Shown: one piece after another, positions 24,651 through 36,079 of the stretch
Layout of the letters: each line of letters begins with the position of its first letter
How positions within the stretch are numbered: the stretch's first letter is position 1
Origin: Paragordius varius
Taxonomy: Eukaryota > Animalia > Nematomorpha
DNA length: 64,000 nucleotides
NCBI GenBank assembly: GCA_964247055.1
Contig: OZ176054.1
Span: 558,001 to 622,000 of the forward strand
Direction: 5' to 3'
Translations under genes and position numbers: made by a program
Notes under the pieces: generated by a model
Database searches by the model: none
What the model was told of the DNA's origin: nothing
What the model saw: the letters and a program-made list of their open reading frames with translations, nothing else

Positions 24651-27600
24651 TTTTAATATATTAATTTTTAAAGTATCGTTGTAAAAATCGGATATGAAAG
24701 AGTTTGTCAAACTATCTCTATATTTTGATGTAGTCTTACTAAGAGAATGTATAAAAAATAGTTTTGTTCACCGGTGACCAATATCCGATTTATAAGGACA
24801 AAGTTTAACTTGAGTATTGATGCGACTGGTTTAATACCTTAATTTTTAAAGTATCGTTGTAAAAATCGGATATGAAAAAGTTTGTCAAACTATCCCTATA
24901 TTTTGATGTAGTCTTACTAAGAGAATGTATAAAAAATAATTTTGTTGACCGGTGACCAATATCCGATTATTAAGGACAAAGTTTAACTTGAGTATTGATG
25001 CGATTTATTGATACGACTTTTTATACATTAATTTTTAAAGTATCGTTGTAAAAATCGGATATGAAAAAGTTTGTCAAACTATCTCTATATTTTGATGTAG
25101 TCTTGCTAAGAGAATATATAAAAAATAATTTTGTTCACCGGTGACCAATATCCGATTTTTAAGGACAAAGTTTATTTTGAGTATTGATGCGACTAGTTTA
25201 ATACATTAATTTTTAAAGTATCGTTGTAAAAATCGGATATGAAAGAGTTTGTCAAACTATTTCTATATTTTGATGTAGTCTTACTAAGAGAATGTATAAA
25301 AAATAATTTTGTTCACCGGTGACCAATATTCGATTTTTAAGGACAAAGTTTAACTTGAGTATTGATGCGACTAGTTTAACACATTAATTTTTAAAGTATC
25401 GTTGTAAAAATCGGATATGAAAGAGTTTGTCAAAATATCTCTATATTTTGATGTAGTCTTACTAAGAGAATGTATAAAAAATAATTTTGTTCACCGGTGA
25501 CCAATATCCGATTTTTAAGGACAAAGTTTAACTTGAGTATTAATGCGATTTATTGATACGACTAGTTTTATACATTAATTTTTAAAGTATCGATGTAAAA
25601 ATCGGATATGAAAGAGTTTGTCAAACTATCTCTATATTTTGATGTAGTCTTGCTAAGAGAATATATAAAAAATAATTTTGTTCACCGGTGACCAATATCC
25701 GATTTTTAAGGACAAAGTTTAATTTGAGTATTGATGCGACTAGTTTACTACCATAATTTTTAAAGTATCGTTGTAAAAATCGGATATGAAAGAGTTTGTC
25801 AAACTATCTCTATATTTTGATGTAGTCTTACTAAGAGAATGTATAAAAAATAATTTTGTTCACCGGTGACCAAGATCCGATTTTTAAGGACAAAGTTTAA
25901 CTTGAGTATTGATGCGACTGGTTTTATACCATAATTTTTAAAGTATCGTTGTAAAAATCGGATATGAAAGAGTTTGTCAAACTATCTCTATATTTTGATG
26001 TAGTCTTACTAGGGGAATGTATAAAAAATTATTTTGTTCACCGGTGACCAATATCCGATTTTTAAGGACAAAGTTTAACCTGAGTATTGATGCGACTTAT
26101 TGATACGACTAGTTTTATATATTAATTTATAAATTATCGTTGTAAAAATCGGATATGAAAGAGTTTGTCAAACTATCTCTATATTTTGATGTAGTCTTAC
26201 TAAGAGAATGTATAAAAAATAATTTTGTTCACCGGTGACCAATATCCGATTTTTAAGGACAAAGTTTAACTTGAGTATTGATGCGACTAGTTTAACACAT
26301 TAATTTTTAAAGTATCGTTGTAAAAATCGGATATGAAAGAGTTTGTCAAACCATCTCTATATTTTGATGTAGTCTTACTAAGAGAATGTATAAAAAATAA
26401 TTTTGTTCACCGGTGACCAATATCCGATTTTTAAGGACAAAGTTTAACTTGAGTATTGATGCGACTAGTTTAACACATTAATTTTTAAAGTATCGTTGTA
26501 AAAATCGGATATGAAAGAGTTTGTCAAACTATCTCTATATTTTGATGTAGTCTTACTAAGAGAATGTATAAAAAATTATTTTTTTCACCGGTGACCAATA
26601 TCCGATTTTTAAGGACAAAGTTTAACTTGAGTATTGATGCGACTAGTTTAATACATTAATTTTTAAAGTATCGTTTTAAAAATCGGATATGAAAGAGTTT
26701 GTCAAACTATCTCTATATTTTGATGTAGTCTTGCTGAGAGAATGTATAAAAAATAATTTTGTTCACCGGTGACCAATATCCGATTTTTAAGGACAAAGTT
26801 TAACTTGAGTATTGATGCGACTAGTTTAATACATCAATTTTTAAAGTATCGTTGTAAAAATCGGATATGAAAGAGTTTGCCAAACTATCTCTATATTTTG
26901 ATGTAGTCTTGCTAAGAGAATGTATAAAAAATAATTTTGTTCACCGGTGACCAATATCCGATTTTTAAGGACAAAGTTTAACTTGAGTATTGATGCGACT
27001 AGTTTAATACATTAATTTTTAAAGTATCGTTGTAAAAATCGGATATGAAAGAGTTTGTCAAACTATTTCTATATTTTGATGTAGTCTTACTAAGAGAATG
27101 TATAAAAAATAATTTTGTTCATAGGTGACCAATATTCGATTTTTAAGGACAAAGCTTAACTTGAGTATTGATGCGACTAGTTTAACACATTAATTTTTAA
27201 AGTATCGTTGTAAAAATCGGATATGAAAGAGTTTGTCAAACTATCTCTATATTTTGATGTAGTCTTACTAAGAGAATGTATAAAAAATAATTTTGTTCAC
27301 CGGTGACCAATATCCGAATTTTAAGGACAAAGTTTAACTTGAGTATTGATGCGATTTATTGATACGACTAGTTTTATACATTAATTTTTAAAGTATCGTT
27401 GTAAAAATCGGATATGAAAGAGTTTGTCAAACTATCTCTATATTTTGATGTAGTCTTGCTAAGATAATATATAACAAATAATTTTGTTCACCGGTGACCA
27501 ATATCCGATTTTTAAGGACAAAGTTTAATTTGAGTATTGATGCGACTAGTTTAATACCATAATTTTTAAAGTATCGTTGTAAAAATCGGATATGAAAGAA

Positions 27601-28280
27601 ATTGTCAAACTATCTCTATATTTTGATGTAGTCTTACTAAGAGAATGTATAAAAAATTATTTTGTTCACCGGTGACCAATATCCAATTTTTAAGGATAAA
27701 GTTTAACTTGAGTATTGATGCGACTGGTTTAATACCATAATTTTTAAAGTATCGTTGTAAAAATCGGATATGAAAGAGTTTGTCAAACTATCTCTATATT
27801 TTGATGTAGTCTTACTAAGAGAATGTATAAAAAATAGTTTTGTTCACCGGTGACCAATATCCGATTTTTAAGGACAAAGTTTAACTTGAGTATTGATGCG
27901 ACTGGTTTAATACCATAATTTTTAAAGTATCGTTGTAAAAATCGGATAGGAAAGAGTTTGTCAAACTATCTCTATATTTTGATGTAGTCTTACTAAGAGA
28001 ATGTATATAAAATAATTTTGTTCACCGGTGACCAATATCCGATTTTTAAGGACAAAGTTTAACTTGAGTATTGATGCGACTGGTTTAATACCATAATTTT
28101 TAAAGTATCGTTGAAATCTGATATCAAAGAGTTTGTCAAACTATCTCTATATTTTGATGTAGTCTTACTAAGGTAATGTATAAAAAATAATTTTGTTCAC
28201 CGGTGACCATAATCCGATTTTTAAGGACAAAGTTTAACTTGAGTATTGATGCCACTGGTTTAATACCATAATTTTTAAAG

Positions 28281-28297
28281 TTTCGTTGAAATCGGAT
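28281..28297 (+). other. CENP-B-box-like 17-mer TTTCGTTGAAATCGGAT in a derived monomer variant (first of 8 copies seen)
   Basis: It matches nTTCGnnnnAnnCGGGn at 8 of 9 essential positions (G16 is A). Other copies start at 30267, 31170, 31888, 32424, 33865, 34768 and 35486. The motif is certain; its function is unsupported. Confidence 0.4.
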
Positions 28298-28839
28298 ATG
28301 ATAGAGTTTGTCAAACTATCTCTATATTTTGATGTAGTCTTACTAAGAGAATGTATAAAAAATAATTTTGTTCACCGGTGACCAATATCCGATTTTTAAG
28401 GACAAAGTTTAACTTGAGTATTGATGCGATTTATTGATACGACTTTTTATACATTAATTTTTAAAGTATCGTGGTAAAAATCGGATATGAAAGAGTTTGT
28501 CAAACTATCTCTATATTTTGATGTAGTCTTGCTAAGAGAATGTATAAAAAATAGTTTTGTTCACCGGTGACCAATATCCGATTTTTAAGGACCAAGTTTA
28601 ACTTGAGTATTGATGCTACTAGTTTAATACATTAATTTTTAAAGTATCGTTGTAAAAATCGGATATGAAAGAGTTTGTCAAACTATTTCTATATTTTGAT
28701 GTAGTCTTACTAAGAGAATGTATTAAAAATAATTTTGTTCATAGGTGACCAATATTCGATTTTTAAGGACAAAGCTTAACTTGAGTATTGATGCGACTAG
28801 TTTAACACATTAATTTTTAAAGTATCGTTGTAAAAATCG

Positions 28840-31800
28840 GATATGAAAGAGTTTGTCAAACTATCTCTATATTTTGATGTAGTCTTACTAAGAGAATGTA
28901 TAAAAAATAATTTTGTTCACCGGTGACCAATATCCGAATTTTAAGGACAAAGTTTAACTTGAGTATTGATGCGATTTATTGATACGACTAGTTTTATACA
29001 TTAATTTTTAAAGTATCGTTGTAAAAATCGGATATGAAAGAGTTTGTCAAACTATCTCTATATTTTGATGTAGTCTTGCTAAGATAATATATAAAAAATA
29101 ATTTTGTTCACCGGTGACCAATATCCGATTTTTAAGGACAAAGTTTAATTTGAGTATTGATGCGACTGGTTTAATACCATAATTTTTAAAGTATCGTTGT
29201 AAAAATCGGATATGAAAAAGTTATTCAAACTATCTCTATATTTTGATGTAGTCTTACTAAGAGAATGTATAAAAAATTATTTTGTTCACCGGTGACCAAT
29301 ATCCGATTTTTAAGGACAAAGTTTAACTTGAGTATTGATGCGATTTATTGATACGACTTTTTATACCATAATTTTTAAAGTATCGTTGTAAAAATCGGAT
29401 ATGAAAGAAATTGTCAAACTATCTCTATATTTTGATGTAGTCTTACTAAGAGAATGTATAAAAAATTATTTTGTTCACCGGTGACCAATATCCAATTTTT
29501 AAGGATAAAGTTTAACTTGAGTATTGATGCGACTAGTTTTATACATTAATTTTTAAAGTATCGTTGTAAAAATCGGATATGAAAGAGTTTGTCAAACTAT
29601 CTCTATATTTTGAAGTAGTCTTACTAAGAGAATGTATAAAAAATAAATTTGTTCACCGGTGACCAATATCCGATTTTTAAGGACAAAGTTTAACTTGAGT
29701 ATTGATGCGACTGGTTTAATACCATAATTTTTAAAGTATCGTTGTAAAAATCGGATATGAAAGAGTTTGTCAAACTATCTCTATATTTTGATGTAGTCTT
29801 ACTAAGAGAATGTATAAAAAATAGTTTTGTTCACCGGTGACCAATATCCGATTTTTAAGGACAAAGTTTAACTTGAGTATTGATGCGACTGGTTTATACC
29901 ATAATTTTTAAAGTATCGTTGTAAAAATCGGATAGGAAAGAGTTTGTCAAACTATCTCTATATTTTGATGTAGTCTTACTAAGAGAATGTATATAAAATA
30001 ATTTTGTTCACCGGTGACCAATATCCGATTTTTAAGGACAAAGTTTAACTTGAGTATTGATGCGACTGGTTTAATACCATAATTTTTAAAGTATCGTTGA
30101 AATCTGATATCAAAGAGTTTGTCAAACTATCTCTATATTTTGATGTAGTCTTACTAAAAGAATGTATAAAAAATAATTTTGTTCACCGGTGACCAATATC
30201 CGATTTTTAAGGACAAAGTTTAACTTGAGTATTGATGCCACTGGTTTAATACCATAATTTTTAAAGTTTCGTTGAAATCGGATATGAAAGAGTTTGTCAA
30301 ACTATCTCTATATTTTGATGTAGTCTTACTAAGAGAATGTATAAAAAATAATTTTGTTCACCGGTGACCAATATCCGATTTTTAAGGACAAAGTTTAACT
30401 TGAGTATTGATGCGATTTATTGATACGACTTTTTATACATTAATTTTTAAAGTATCGTTGAAATCGGATAAGAAAGAGTTTGTCAAACTATCTCTATATT
30501 TTGATGTAGTCTTACTAAGAGAATGTATATAAAATAGTTTTGTTCACCGGTGACCAATATCCGATTTTTAAAGACAAAGTTTAACTTAAGTATTGATGCG
30601 ACTGGTTTAATACCATAATTTTTAAAGTATCGTTGTAAAAATCGGATATGAAAAAGTTAGTCAAACTATCTCTATATTTTGATGTAGTCTTACTAAGAGA
30701 ATGTATAAAAAATTATTTTGTTCACCGGTGACCAATATCCGATTTTTAAGGACAAAGTTTATCTTGAGTATTGATGCCACTGGTTTAATACCATAATTTT
30801 TAAAGTTTCTTTGAAATCGGATATGAAAGAGTTTGTCAAACTATCTCTATATTTTGATGTAGTCTTACTAAGAGAATGTATAAAAAATAATTTTGTTCAC
30901 CGGTGACCAATATCCGATTTTTAAGGACAAAGTTTAACTTGAGTATTGATGCGATTTATTGATACGACTTTTTATACATTAATTTTTAAAGTATCGTTGT
31001 AAAAATCAGATATGAAAGAGTTTGTCAAACTATCTCTATATTTTGATGTAGTCTTACTAAGAGAATGTATATAAAATAATTTTGTTCACCGGTGACCAAT
31101 ATCCGATTTTTAAGGACAAAGTTTAACTTGAGTATTGATGCGACTGGTTTAATACCATAATTTTTAAAGTTTCGTTGAAATCGGATATGAAAGAGTTTGT
31201 CAAACTATCTCTATATTTTGATGTAGTCTTGCTAAGAATGTATAAAAAATAGTTTTGTTCACCGGTGACCAATATCCGATTTTTAAGGACAAAGTTTAAC
31301 TTGAGTATTGATGCGACTGGTTTAATACCATAATTTTTAAAGTATCATTGTAAAAATCGGATATGAAAGAGTTTGTCAAACTATCTCTATATTTTGATGT
31401 AGTCTTACTAAGAGAATGTATAAAAAATAGTTTTGTTCACCGGTGACCAATATCCGATTTTTAAGGACAAAGTTTAACTTGAGTATTGATGCGATTTATT
31501 GAAGCGACTGGTAATACCATAATTTTTAAAGTATCGTTGTAAAAATCGGATATGAAAGAGTTTGTCAAACTATCTCTATATTTTGATGTAGTCTTACTAA
31601 GAGAATGTATAAAAAATAGTTTTGTTCACCGGTGACCAATATCCGATTTTTAAGGACAAAGTTTAACTTGAGTATTGATGCGACTGGTTTAATACCATAA
31701 TTTTTAAAGTATCGTTGTAAAAATCGGATAGGAAAGAGTTTGTCAAACTATCTCTATATTTTGATGTAGTCTTACTAAGAGAATGTATATAAAATAATTT

Positions 31801-34800
31801 TGTTCACCGGTGACCAATATCCGATTTTTAAGGACAAAGTTTAACTTGAGTATTGATGCGACTGGTTTAATACCATAATTTTTAAAGTTTCGTTGAAATC
31901 GGATATGAAAGAGTTTGTCAAACTATCTCTATATTTTGATGTAGTCTTACTAAGAGAATGTATAAAAAATAATTTTGTTCACCGGTGACCAATATCCGAT
32001 TTTTAAGGACAAAGTTTAACTTGAGTATTGATGCGATTTATTGATACGACTTTTTATACATTAATTTTTAAAGTATCGTTGAAATCGGATAAGAAAGAGT
32101 TTGTCAAACTATCTCTATATTTTGATGTAGTCTTACTAAGAGAATGTATATAAAATAGTTTTGTTCACCGGTGACCAATATCCGATTTTTAAGGACAAAG
32201 TTTAACTTGAGTATTGATGCGACTGGTTTAATACCATAATTTTTAAAGTATCGTTGAAATCTGATATCAAAGAGTTTGTCAAACTATCTCTATATTTTGA
32301 TGTAGTCTTACTAAGAGAATGTATAAAAAATAATTTTGTTCACCGGTGACCAATATCCGATTTTTAAGGACAAAGTTTAACTTGAGTATTGATGCCACTG
32401 GTTTAATACCATAATTTTTAAAGTTTCGTTGAAATCGGATATGAAAGAGTTTGTCAAACTATCTCTATATTTTGATGTAGTCTTACTAAGAGAATGTATA
32501 AAAAATAATTTTGTTCACCGGTGACCAATATCCGAATTTTAAGGACAAAGTTTAACTTGAGTATTGATGCGATTTATTGATACGACTAGTTTTATACATT
32601 AATTTTTAAAGTATCGTTGTAAAAATCGGATATGAAAGAGTTTGTCAAACTATCTCTATATTTTGATGTAGTCTTGCTAAGATAATATATAAAAAATAAT
32701 TTTGTTCACCGGTGACCAATATCCGATTTTTAAGGACAAAGTTTAATTTGAGTATTGATGCGACTGGTTTAATACCATAATTTTTAAAGTATCGTTGTAA
32801 AAATCGGATATGAAAAAGTTATTCAAACTATCTCTATATTTTGATGTAGTCTTACTAAGAGAATGTATAAAAAATTATTTTGTTCACCGGTGACCAATAT
32901 CCGATTTTTAAGGACAAAGTTTAACTTGAGTATTGATGCGATTTATTGATACGACTTTTTATACCATAATTTTTAAAGTATCGTTGTAAAAATCGGATAT
33001 GAAAGAAATTGTCAAACTATCTCTATATTTTGATGTAGTCTTACTAAGAGAATGTATAAAAAATTATTTTGTTCACCGGTGACCAATATCCAATTTTTAA
33101 GGATAAAGTTTAACTTGAGTATTGATGCGACTAGTTTTATACATTAATTTTTAAAGTATCGTTGTAAAAATCGGATATGAAAGAGTTTGTCAAACTATCT
33201 CTATATTTTGAAGTAGTCTTACTAAGAGAATGTATAAAAAATAAATTTGTTCACCGGTGACCAATATCCGATTTTTAAGGACAAAGTTTAACTTGAGTAT
33301 TGATGCGACTGGTTTAATACCATAATTTTTAAAGTATCGTTGTAAAAATCGGATATGAAAGAGTTTGTCAAACTATCTCTATATTTTGATGTAGTCTTAC
33401 TAAGAGAATGTATAAAAAATAGTTTTGTTCACCGGTGACCAATATCCGATTTTTAAGGACAAAGTTTAACTTGAGTATTGATGCGACTGGTTTATACCAT
33501 AATTTTTAAAGTATCGTTGTAAAAATCGGATAGGAAAGAGTTTGTCAAACTATCTCTATATTTTGATGTAGTCTTACTAAGAGAATGTATATAAAATAAT
33601 TTTGTTCACCGGTGACCAATATCCGATTTTTAAGGACAAAGTTTAACTTGAGTATTGATGCGACTGGTTTAATACCATAATTTTTAAAGTATCGTTGAAA
33701 TCTGATATCAAAGAGTTTGTCAAACTATCTCTATATTTTGATGTAGTCTTACTAAAAGAATGTATAAAAAATAATTTTGTTCACCGGTGACCAATATCCG
33801 ATTTTTAAGGACAAAGTTTAACTTGAGTATTGATGCCACTGGTTTAATACCATAATTTTTAAAGTTTCGTTGAAATCGGATATGAAAGAGTTTGTCAAAC
33901 TATCTCTATATTTTGATGTAGTCTTACTAAGAGAATGTATAAAAAATAATTTTGTTCACCGGTGACCAATATCCGATTTTTAAGGACAAAGTTTAACTTG
34001 AGTATTGATGCGATTTATTGATACGACTTTTTATACATTAATTTTTAAAGTATCGTTGAAATCGGATAAGAAAGAGTTTGTCAAACTATCTCTATATTTT
34101 GATGTAGTCTTACTAAGAGAATGTATATAAAATAGTTTTGTTCACCGGTGACCAATATCCGATTTTTAAAGACAAAGTTTAACTTAAGTATTGATGCGAC
34201 TGGTTTAATACCATAATTTTTAAAGTATCGTTGTAAAAATCGGATATGAAAAAGTTAGTCAAACTATCTCTATATTTTGATGTAGTCTTACTAAGAGAAT
34301 GTATAAAAAATTATTTTGTTCACCGGTGACCAATATCCGATTTTTAAGGACAAAGTTTATCTTGAGTATTGATGCCACTGGTTTAATACCATAATTTTTA
34401 AAGTTTCTTTGAAATCGGATATGAAAGAGTTTGTCAAACTATCTCTATATTTTGATGTAGTCTTACTAAGAGAATGTATAAAAAATAATTTTGTTCACCG
34501 GTGACCAATATCCGATTTTTAAGGACAAAGTTTAACTTGAGTATTGATGCGATTTATTGATACGACTTTTTATACATTAATTTTTAAAGTATCGTTGTAA
34601 AAATCAGATATGAAAGAGTTTGTCAAACTATCTCTATATTTTGATGTAGTCTTACTAAGAGAATGTATATAAAATAATTTTGTTCACCGGTGACCAATAT
34701 CCGATTTTTAAGGACAAAGTTTAACTTGAGTATTGATGCGACTGGTTTAATACCATAATTTTTAAAGTTTCGTTGAAATCGGATATGAAAGAGTTTGTCA

Positions 34801-35907
34801 AACTATCTCTATATTTTGATGTAGTCTTGCTAAGAATGTATAAAAAATAGTTTTGTTCACCGGTGACCAATATCCGATTTTTAAGGACAAAGTTTAACTT
34901 GAGTATTGATGCGACTGGTTTAATACCATAATTTTTAAAGTATCATTGTAAAAATCGGATATGAAAGAGTTTGTCAAACTATCTCTATATTTTGATGTAG
35001 TCTTACTAAGAGAATGTATAAAAAATAGTTTTGTTCACCGGTGACCAATATCCGATTTTTAAGGACAAAGTTTAACTTGAGTATTGATGCGATTTATTGA
35101 AGCGACTGGTAATACCATAATTTTTAAAGTATCGTTGTAAAAATCGGATATGAAAGAGTTTGTCAAACTATCTCTATATTTTGATGTAGTCTTACTAAGA
35201 GAATGTATAAAAAATAGTTTTGTTCACCGGTGACCAATATCCGATTTTTAAGGACAAAGTTTAACTTGAGTATTGATGCGACTGGTTTAATACCATAATT
35301 TTTAAAGTATCGTTGTAAAAATCGGATAGGAAAGAGTTTGTCAAACTATCTCTATATTTTGATGTAGTCTTACTAAGAGAATGTATATAAAATAATTTTG
35401 TTCACCGGTGACCAATATCCGATTTTTAAGGACAAAGTTTAACTTGAGTATTGATGCGACTGGTTTAATACCATAATTTTTAAAGTTTCGTTGAAATCGG
35501 ATATGAAAGAGTTTGTCAAACTATCTCTATATTTTGATGTAGTCTTACTAAGAGAATGTATAAAAAATAATTTTGTTCACCGGTGACCAATATCCGATTT
35601 TTAAGGACAAAGTTTAACTTGAGTATTGATGCGATTTATTGATACGACTTTTTATACATTAATTTTTAAAGTATCGTTGAAATCGGATAAGAAAGAGTTT
35701 GTCAAACTATCTCTATATTTTGATGTAGTCTTACTAAGAGAATGTATATAAAATAGTTTTGTTCACCGGTGACCAATATCCGATTTTTAAGGACAAAGTT
35801 TAACTTGAGTATTGATGCGACTGGTTTAATACCATAATTTTTAAAGTATCGTTGAAATCTGATATCAAAGAGTTTGTCAAACTATCTCTATATTTTGATG
35901 TAGTCTT
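28840..35907 (-). repeat. Near-identical tandem duplication, period 3598 bp (~20 monomers)
   Basis: TCCGAATT 28933/32531, TTATTC 29221/32819, TGAAGTAGTC 29611/33209 and AAAAAGTTAG 30651/34249 are all 3598 apart. The match breaks near 35908. Confidence 0.92.
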
Positions 35908-36079
35908 GCTAAGAATGTATAAAAAATAGTTTTGTTCACCGGTGACCAATATCCGATTTTTAAGGACAAAGTTTAACTTGAGTATTGATGCGATTTATTG
36001 AAGCGACTGGTAATACCATAATTTTTAAAGTATCGTTGTAAAAATCGGATATGAAAGAGTTTGTCAAACTATCTCTATA

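Noticed and set aside
24400-24900. Sequencing fold-back chimera as the cause of the strand switch
   Set aside because: The arms differ at several private variants directly beside the junction and have different monomer order, unlike a re-read of one molecule. A contig misjoin still needs read-level exclusion.
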